Assembly: GCA_017621475.1 (NCBI GenBank)
Contig: JAGATA010000027.1
Location: 1,084-65,083, forward strand
Direction of reading: 5' to 3'
DNA from: Clostridia bacterium
Lineage (GTDB): Bacteria > Bacillota > Clostridia > Oscillospirales > CAG-272
DNA length: 64,000 bases
Shown here: piece after piece, positions 58,321-64,000 of the stretch
Position numbering within the stretch: position 1 is the first letter of the stretch
How the letters are laid out: every line of letters starts with the position of its first letter
The notes under the pieces: generated by a model
What the model was told of the DNA's origin: nothing
The model's input: only the letters and a program-made list of their open reading frames with translations
Database searches by the model: none
Program-made: the position numbers and the translations under genes

Positions 58321-59244
58321 TTATTGTTTTTTCTTTTTTGCAGCTTTTTTAGCTTCTTTGGCTTTTGTTTTTTCACTTTTAAATCTTTCGGAAAGCCCCT
58401 CGAACTCATAATCTACTTTGAGTGTTTCGGGAGAGCTTTCCAAAAGAACAGGATTTTTGAGATATGCCTGGAATTTTGCAAAAGCTTTTGCAAAATAGGA
58501 ACCGGAAGCAATTCTTTCGTCCATAACTATGCCGAAAGGAATTTCTTTTTGCAAATAAAGTGTGCCGTCCTTTTTTGATTTGGTTGTTTCAATATTGTTT
58601 CCCATAGCGACAAGCATTCCTGTAGTTCCAAAAGAATATACGTGATGGTAAATATGGTTGGTTCTTATGCTCGCTAAGTTAGTAATGACTAAAGTGTTAT
58701 GAAAAGGGCTTGCATTTATGATAGCTTTAGGGAGAAAACCCATTTTGTCAAGCCAGCGGAACAATCCCATAAGACCTCTCAAAAGAAATGAAGGTATAGA
58801 AAGGAATGCGTTTAAAAGTTTATCCAACGAATTGGAGCTTTCTTCCTTATTGTTTGCTTCTATGTAATCCGTTATTTTATCATTTGCTTCAAAAATATTA
58901 TCTGCCAAATCAAATTTTATTTTACTCATGGAAGCGTTGGCGTCACCGGGACGAAGAACGACCATGCCAACACTTAATTCATTGCGTGCATAAATCTTGC
59001 TATTTACAATAAAACGGTTGAGTTCGGGATATTCAGAAATAGTTCTGACAAGCGCTGACAAGACTACCGCCATATGGCTTATCTTATGCCCTTTTTTTCT
59101 TGTTTCCATAACGTATTCGTGGACATTTTCGTAGGGTACCGTTACAGTTATCATATTTTGCGCATCGCTTCTGTCGCGCATAAAATACGGTGCTATTTTA
59201 TACATAGGGTCAATGTTTTTAACAATTTTTCCGTCAGCTCTCAT
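58321..59244 (-). CDS. Stand-alone 2-oxoacid dehydrogenase E2 / CAT-fold acyltransferase catalytic-domain protein
   Basis: The layout resembles an E2 catalytic domain without lipoyl or subunit-binding domains. The active-site-like segment is MDERIASG (E2 consensus is DHRxxDG). There is a Lys-rich C-terminal tail. Confidence 0.6.
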   Translation of the reverse strand: MRADGKIVKNIDPMYKIAPYFMRDRSDAQNMITVTVPYENVHEYVMETRKKGHKISHMAVVLSALVRTISEYPELNRFIVNSKIYARNELSVGMVVLRPGDANASMSKIKFDLADNIFEANDKITDYIEANNKEESSNSLDKLLNAFLSIPSFLLRGLMGLFRWLDKMGFLPKAIINASPFHNTLVITNLASIRTNHIYHHVYSFGTTGMLVAMGNNIETTKSKKDGTLYLQKEIPFGIVMDERIASGSYFAKAFAKFQAYLKNPVLLESSPETLKVDYEFEGLSERFKSEKTKAKEAKKAAKKKKQ

Positions 59245-59365
59245 AAAAACCTATCTTTCCGACATAATTCGTCATATTTTGTTAATATAAATATTATATA
59301 TTATTTATCAAAACATATCAAGAATTTATTGATAAAATATATTCAAAGATTTTTTAAAAAAGTGC

Positions 59366-59394
59366 TTGACAAATCAAACCAAATGTGATATACT
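59366..59394 (+). promoter_or_regulatory. Strong sigma-A-type promoter for the tRNA pair
   Basis: TTGACA (59366-71), a 17-nt spacer, then TGA-TATACT (extended -10, 59386-94), about 18 nt before the first tRNA. Confidence 0.75.
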
Positions 59395-59411
59395 CTTATA
59401 CGTTGCGAAAC

Positions 59412-59488
59412 GGGCCTTTAGCTCAGTTGGTTAGAGCAACCGGCTCATAACCGGTTGGTCTGGGGTTCGAGTCCCTAAAGGCCCACCA
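59412..59488 (+). tRNA. tRNA with anticodon CAT (Met by anticodon; sequence resembles lysidine-dependent tRNA-Ile2)
   Basis: 77 nt, GGGCCTTTAGCTCAGTTGGTTAGAGC...GGCTCATAACC...GGTTCGAGTCC...CCCACCA, with a cloverleaf and encoded CCA. Confidence 0.9.
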
Positions 59489-59495
59489 ATTAAAT

Positions 59496-59571
59496 AGGGG
59501 TATAGTTCAGCTGGTAGAGCAGCGGTCTCCAAAACCGTTTGTCGTGGGTTCGAATCCTTCTGCCCCTGCCA
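59496..59571 (+). tRNA. tRNA-Trp (anticodon CCA)
   Basis: 76 nt, AGGGGTATAGTTCAGCTGGTAGAGC...TCTCCAAAACC...GGTTCGAATCC...CCCCTGCCA. The acceptor stem pairs AGGGGTA/TGCCCCT. Confidence 0.93.
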
Positions 59572-59574
59572 AGT

Positions 59575-59635
59575 GAAATAGTAGTAGACTTTCGAACCGT
59601 ATGGTTTAGACATCTACTACTATTTCTATTTTTTG
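59575..59635 (+). terminator. Terminator after the tRNA pair
   Basis: 14-bp perfect inverted repeat GAAATAGTAGTAGA / TCTACTACTATTTC (59575-88 / 59613-26) followed by TATTTTTTG. Confidence 0.75.
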
Positions 59636-59726
59636 CCTTGTTTTTCAAGGATTTTCGGCTAATTATCCTGTATCTTCATTTGGACACAATTTGAAGATCC
59701 GCAAAAAACAAAGCAAAAAACTCGGA

Positions 59727-60980
59727 AAGCCTTACAAAATCAAACCTAAGTGTCCAATATTATTTAGACATTTCCTCCTCATACTGAGACGGACTTCTGT
59801 ATTTTAGACGCGAGTGAGGTCGTTCGTTATTGTAATAATCGATATATTTTCCAATCGATTCCTTAAAATTCTTTTCAGAACTGTATTCTCTGCGATACAG
59901 TTCTTCTTTTTTTAGAGTAGAATAGAAACTTTCTTGAGGTGAATTGTCATACGGCGTTCCCTTTTGCGAAAAAGACTGTTTGACACCCAATGACAATAGA
60001 TGTTTTCGAAATGTATTTGATGTATATGCAGTTCCTTGATCACTATGGAAGATCAAGCCCGATTTAGGATGCCTTGCTAAATAAGCTTGTTCAAATGTTG
60101 ATTTGATTAGGCGCGTATTAGGCGTAGAAGAAATTTTGAATCCAACAATTTTTCTGGAATACAAATCCATAACCGTGCAGATGCTGTAATTCCGATGGTT
60201 GAATCTAAAAAACGTGACATCCCCCACCCATACTTCATTTGGGGCTTGAGGATTAAACTCTCGCTTGACAAAATTTTCCTTTTTTCGAAGTTCGCGCTTT
60301 TCTTGGTCGTACCACTCTTTAGAGTTTCGCCTGATGCTTTGTAGCCCCAATTCTGCCATCAGTTCTGAGACCATTTCTTTTGATGTTCGATAGCCTCTTT
60401 GTTTTAAAATAGAATTAAGTGTTTTCGCACCGAAATTTTGCCGGTGATCATGATAGGCTTCCAATATCGCTTGCTTGATTTCCGCGCGGTGTTGTGTATA
60501 ATAATTATTCTCTCCCTTATTACGTACAATGTGATCGTAAAAGGTAGCTTTGGATACCTTCAAGGTCTCACAGATATATTTAGCTGGATATTTATCGGCA
60601 ATTTTCTTGATCTCGCGCAATTTTTCTGATAATGGTGAATGTGGAGTACAACTTACAGATTGTAGAATTTCCAGTTCGATTTGAATTTTTTCGGTTTTTC
60701 GTTGCAAAGCACGATAATCCTGTAAAGGAACTGAACTGTTTTCTTTTTCGGCAATTGCTTGGCGATTCTGTTTGACCCAGTAATAAACTGTACTACGTGG
60801 GACACTATATTCCCGAGAGAGGATGGTGGCTGATTTTCCGTTAAGATACGCTTGAACAACGATTTGTTTTTCTTCTGTTGTGTAATTCTTCTTCATAGAG
60901 ATTCCTCCATATCTTTCTATAATGTTAAAGCCGCAACTTGCTATTGCAATTTGCAAAGCTTAACTATTATAACATGTACA
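59727..60980 (-). mobile_element. IS3-family insertion sequence (termini approximate)
   Basis: About 1.23-1.25 kb carrying one HTH+DDE transposase ORF. Two alternative imperfect terminal inverted-repeat pairings are visible. One pairs 59751-59771 with 60960-60980 (TGTCCA.../TGTACA...). The other pairs 59727-59750 with 60935-60959 (AAGCCTTACAAAA.../AAGCTTTGCAAAT...). No clean target-site duplication was found. Confidence 0.6.
59760..60896 (-). CDS. IS3-family transposase (fused HTH + rve/DDE integrase core)
   Basis: N-terminal HTH (SATILSREYSVPRSTVYYWVK), then DDE residues in WVGDVT, HSDQG and NSPQESF, and an ERPH motif. The ATG at 60896 lies after GGAGGAAT. It is one continuous frame. Confidence 0.9.
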   Translation of the reverse strand: MKKNYTTEEKQIVVQAYLNGKSATILSREYSVPRSTVYYWVKQNRQAIAEKENSSVPLQDYRALQRKTEKIQIELEILQSVSCTPHSPLSEKLREIKKIADKYPAKYICETLKVSKATFYDHIVRNKGENNYYTQHRAEIKQAILEAYHDHRQNFGAKTLNSILKQRGYRTSKEMVSELMAELGLQSIRRNSKEWYDQEKRELRKKENFVKREFNPQAPNEVWVGDVTFFRFNHRNYSICTVMDLYSRKIVGFKISSTPNTRLIKSTFEQAYLARHPKSGLIFHSDQGTAYTSNTFRKHLLSLGVKQSFSQKGTPYDNSPQESFYSTLKKEELYRREYSSEKNFKESIGKYIDYYNNERPHSRLKYRSPSQYEEEMSK

Positions 60981-61003
60981 GAATATTTTTTTACAGAAAC
61001 CTA

Positions 61004-61032
61004 TTGCAAATTTTTGCAAAAAGGTGTATAAT
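61004..61032 (+). promoter_or_regulatory. Sigma-A-type promoter of the thi operon
   Basis: TTGCAA (61004-09), a 17-nt spacer, then TATAAT (61027-32), just upstream of the TPP aptamer. Confidence 0.65.
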
Positions 61033-61039
61033 GTACTCA

Positions 61040-61200
61040 CAACTGAACAAACGGGAGCTTGTATACAGGCTGAGAGGAAGGTGTGACCTTCGACCGAGAA
61101 CCTGATTTGGATAATGCCAACGTAGGGATGCCTGATACAAGGATATTGGGAGGAACAACAGATTTTTTTGGAGTTACCGAATCGGTAGCTCCTTTTTTGT
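61040..61200 (+). promoter_or_regulatory. TPP (THI-box) riboswitch with intrinsic terminator expression platform
   Basis: Conserved elements are GGGAGC...GGCTGAGA and ACCTGATTTGGATAATGCCAACGTAGGGA. They are followed by the hairpin GGAGTTACCGA-ATCGGTAGCTCC and TTTTTTG (61170-61198). Confidence 0.9.
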
Positions 61201-61223
61201 TGCAATTTTTGTGGAGGTGTGAA

Positions 61224-61418
61224 ATGGTAAAGGTAAACGGAGAACCCTTGGATATTGCAGGTAAGACCATTGCCGAGTATCTTGCGACAACCAACTACGA
61301 TATGAAGCGGATCGCGACCGAGCTGAACGGCGACATCATTCCGAAAGCTACTTACGCTGATACCGTATTGAAGGACGGCGATAGCATTGAGATCGTCAGC
61401 TTTGTGGGAGGTGGCTAA
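61224..61418 (+). CDS. thiS: Sulfur carrier protein ThiS
   Basis: 64 aa with a ubiquitin-like fold pattern, ending in ...VSFVGGG. GGAGGTG RBS. Confidence 0.9.
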   Translation: MVKVNGEPLDIAGKTIAEYLATTNYDMKRIATELNGDIIPKATYADTVLKDGDSIEIVSFVGGG

Positions 61419-62075
61419 GTGATCCCAACAAAAGAAGAATGGAATAATGCTTTGGAAGAACGCCACGGTAAAGAGTTGCATCGGGCGTTTTCATCGGCAA
61501 CGGTTGCCGTATGTGGTCTTGGCGGTCTTGGATCGAATATCGCCATAGCTCTCGCGAGAGCGGGGGTCGGACGGCTGATACTCATTGACTTTGACCGAGT
61601 GGACATAACAAATCTCCACCGTCAGCAGTATAAGGCAACACAGATCGGTATGTATAAGACGGTCGCACTTGCGGAAAATCTCAAAGAAATAGCTCCGTAT
61701 ATTTCACTTGAAATACATACAGAGCGCATTACGGAAGATAACGTATTAACCCTTCTGAAAGATGCGGATATAATATGCGAAGCCTTTGACGACGCGGAAT
61801 GTAAAGCGATGCTTATGGAGATCGTTCTCACAGAAATGCGGGATAAGTACCTCGTGGCGGCATCGGGTATGGCGGGACTTTATGACGCCAATCGCATCAA
61901 AACAAGGAAAGTAACGAGCAGATTTTATCTGTGCGGTGATGAAGAAAGCGACGTTGCGGACGGAATTGGGCTTGTATCGTCGCGTGTTATGATTTGCGCC
62001 GCGCACGAGGCACATACGGTACTCAGAATTTTAGCAAGTAATTTTGAAGAATTAAGAGGTAAAGACAATGAATAA
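61419..62075 (+). CDS. thiF: ThiS adenylyltransferase (ThiF/E1-like)
   Basis: Rossmann motif [33 protein letters not shown]. The GTG start follows the thiS stop directly. Confidence 0.85.
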   Translation: MIPTKEEWNNALEERHGKELHRAFSSATVAVCGLGGLGSNIAIALARAGVGRLILIDFDRVDITNLHRQQYKATQIGMYKTVALAENLKEIAPYISLEIHTERITEDNVLTLLKDADIICEAFDDAECKAMLMEIVLTEMRDKYLVAASGMAGLYDANRIKTRKVTSRFYLCGDEESDVADGIGLVSSRVMICAAHEAHTVLRILASNFEELRGKDNE

Positions 62076-62838
62076 CGACAAACTTATTATCGGCGGTCAC
62101 GAATTTAACTCCCGTTTCATTCTCGGATCGGGCAAGTATTCGATGAAGCTCATTGAAGCGGCAGTAAAGGATGCCGGAGCTGAGATCATCACCTTGGCAG
62201 TCCGTCGTGCCAACACCAAAGAACACGAAAACATTCTCGATTATATTCCCGAAGGAATCACGCTTCTTCCCAACACCTCGGGGGCGAGAAACGCTGAGGA
62301 AGCCGTTCGCATCGCTCGCCTTGCCCGTGAGCTTGGATGCGGTAATTTCGTAAAGATCGAGATCATGCGTGATTCCAAATATCTCCTTCCCGATAACGTG
62401 GAAACCATCAAGGCAACCGAGATACTCGCAAACGAGGGATTTGTGGTAATGCCGTATATGTACCCCGATCTGAACACCGCACGTGACCTTGTGAACGCAG
62501 GTGCGGCAAGCGTGATGCCCTTGGCTTCTCCCATCGGCTCAAACAAAGGTCTTGCAACCCGTGAATTTATTCAGATACTCATTGACGAGATCGACCTGCC
62601 CATCATCGTGGATGCAGGCATTGGCAGACCTTCGCAGGCTTGTGAAGCAATGGAGATGGGTGCGGCGGCAATCATGGCGAATACCGCCCTTGCAACCGCA
62701 GGTGATCTTCCTATGATGGCTTCTGCTTTCAAGCAGGCGATCGAAGCGGGTCGCAAGGCATACCTTTCGGGACTTGGCAGGGTGCTGACCCGTGGAGCAT
62801 CCGCATCCGATCCCTTGACAGGATTCCTGCGTGACTGA
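62068..62838 (+). CDS. thiG: Thiazole synthase
   Basis: L.I.G..F.SR...G.GKY, T.LPNT.G and KIE...D...L.P, then VMP...PIGS..G and VDAG.G..S.A...ME.G..A...NTA. Confidence 0.95.
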   Translation: MNNDKLIIGGHEFNSRFILGSGKYSMKLIEAAVKDAGAEIITLAVRRANTKEHENILDYIPEGITLLPNTSGARNAEEAVRIARLARELGCGNFVKIEIMRDSKYLLPDNVETIKATEILANEGFVVMPYMYPDLNTARDLVNAGAASVMPLASPIGSNKGLATREFIQILIDEIDLPIIVDAGIGRPSQACEAMEMGAAAIMANTALATAGDLPMMASAFKQAIEAGRKAYLSGLGRVLTRGASASDPLTGFLRD

Positions 62839-62848
62839 GGTGAATACA

Positions 62849-64000
62849 ATGGAAAACCAATTTTTTGTGGATTCGGAGCATCTGTCGCCCGAGGCGCTTG
62901 AAAAAAAGCACCGTATTGAAAATGATCCCACAAGCCGTAAGAACCACATGGAATACTTGCCCGGTATGGAGATCATCGAGTCGGATGTGTGTTCGCAAGT
63001 AATGGCGCAAATGAACTCTTATGATTACAGCAAATATACGGCAAGAGATGTCCGTGCGGCTCTTGAGCATACCAACTGTTCGATTGAGGACTTCAAGGCG
63101 CTTCTGTCACCTGCGGCAGAGCCCTTCCTTGAGGTGATGGCAGAGAGAGCAAGACTTGAAACAAGTAAGCATTTCGGCAATACGGTGTATTTGTTCACGC
63201 CTCTGTATATCGCAAACTATTGCGAGAACTACTGTGTGTATTGCGGCTTTAATTGCTATAACCACATCAATCGAATGAAGCTCTCTATGGAGCAGATCGA
63301 AAAGGAAATGAAGGTTATCGCCGATAGCGGAATGGAAGAAATTCTGATTCTGACCGGTGAGAGCCGTGCGCAGAGCAACGTGGAGTACATAGGTGAGGCT
63401 TGTAAGCTGGCAAGAAAGTATTTCCGTATGGTCGGGCTTGAGATCTATCCCGTCAACACCGATGAATATAGGTATCTTCACGAATGCGGAGCAGACTATG
63501 TAACCGTATTCCAAGAAACCTATGATACTGACAAATACGAACAGCTTCATTTGCTCGGACACAAGCGTGTGTGGCCCTACCGTTTTGATGCACAGGAAAG
63601 AGCCTTGCGCGGCGGTATGAGAGGTGTGGCGTTCTCGGCATTGCTCGGTCTCTCGGACTTCCGAAAGGATGCCTTGGCAAGCGCGTTGCATGTCTATTAT
63701 TTGCAGAGAAAGTATCCTCACGCAGAAATGTCGCTCTCCTGTCCCCGACTTCGTCCTATCATCAACAATGACAAGATAAATCCCCTTGACGTTCACGAAA
63801 AGCAACTCTGTCAGATCATCTGCGCCTACCGTATTTTCCTTCCGTTCGTCGGTATCACCGTATCCTCCCGTGAGAGTGCGGAATTCCGCAACGGCATCGT
63901 AAAGATCGCCGCTACCAAGGTATCTGCAGGTGTATCCACGGGTATCGGAGATCACGAAAGCAAATACAACGGAAAAGAAACCGATGAGGTTCAGGGCGAC
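62849..64000 (+). CDS. thiH: 2-iminoacetate synthase ThiH (radical SAM), 3'-truncated by the window edge
   Basis: This open frame is not in the ORF track because it has no stop. My manual translation gives ...FGNTVYLFTPLYIANYCENYCVYCGF (CxxxCxxC), EILILTGES, and SAGVSTGIGD near the edge. GAGGTG lies 7 nt before the ATG at 62849. The N-terminus is about 40-50 aa longer than my recollection of E. coli ThiH. Confidence 0.88.
   Translation, partial: MENQFFVDSEHLSPEALEKKHRIENDPTSRKNHMEYLPGMEIIESDVCSQVMAQMNSYDYSKYTARDVRAALEHTNCSIEDFKALLSPAAEPFLEVMAERARLETSKHFGNTVYLFTPLYIANYCENYCVYCGFNCYNHINRMKLSMEQIEKEMKVIADSGMEEILILTGESRAQSNVEYIGEACKLARKYFRMVGLEIYPVNTDEYRYLHECGADYVTVFQETYDTDKYEQLHLLGHKRVWPYRFDAQERALRGGMRGVAFSALLGLSDFRKDALASALHVYYLQRKYPHAEMSLSCPRLRPIINNDKINPLDVHEKQLCQIICAYRIFLPFVGITVSSRESAEFRNGIVKIAATKVSAGVSTGIGDHESKYNGKETDEVQGD

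Noticed and set aside
59431-59613. 60-aa minus-strand ORF
   Set aside because: It lies entirely antisense to the two tRNA genes.
60960-61481. 173-aa minus-strand ORF
   Set aside because: It spans the thi promoter, the TPP riboswitch and the antisense of thiS, so it is not credible as coding.
63107-63955. 282-aa minus-strand ORF, the only tracked ORF in this interval
   Set aside because: The plus strand carries an open frame from 62849 to the window edge with the ThiH radical-SAM CxxxCxxC motif. That frame is missing from the track only because it has no stop codon in the window.

Overview
This window looks like a largely housekeeping chromosomal segment from a low-GC, endospore-forming, anaerobic Firmicute of the Clostridia type. 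The evidence is spo0A, yabP-yabQ-divIC, spoVAC/AD/AE, PolC-type DNA polymerase III, MEP-pathway genes and a clostridial-type ferredoxin. Coding density is high and most ORFs have clear family signatures. They include ispD/ispF, cdaA, recJ-relA-dtd, hup, the polC-ispG-rseP-cdsA-uppS-frr-pyrH block, coaX, metA, holB-ricT, cls, and a TPP-riboswitch-controlled thiSFGH operon that runs off the right edge. There are two tRNA genes (anticodons CAT and CCA), one IS3-family insertion sequence, and about 14 rho-independent terminators. I found no CRISPR array, prophage or recognisable defence island. The less ordinary content is listed here. (1) A stand-alone BCR/HAD-type radical-enzyme gene pair that resembles the anaerobic plasmalogen synthase architecture. 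(2) A D-aspartate-ligase-like ATP-grasp gene, an aspartate racemase and a MurE lacking the DAP-specific DNPR motif, which together predict a Lys-D-Asp type peptidoglycan in a spore former. (3) An ECF sigma/anti-sigma pair, a Thr-rich lipoprotein, an MBOAT and a DHHW protein, sitting where rpsB-tsf normally lie. (4) An unclassified terminator/antiterminator leader upstream of metA. (5) A methyltransferase gene interrupted by a single amber codon. (6) An orphan fumarase alpha-subunit gene appended to the yabPQ-divIC operon. (7) dxr is absent from its conserved slot. (8) A tandemly duplicated ABC ATPase/permease pair. All functional calls rest on motif and architecture recognition by eye. No database search was run.
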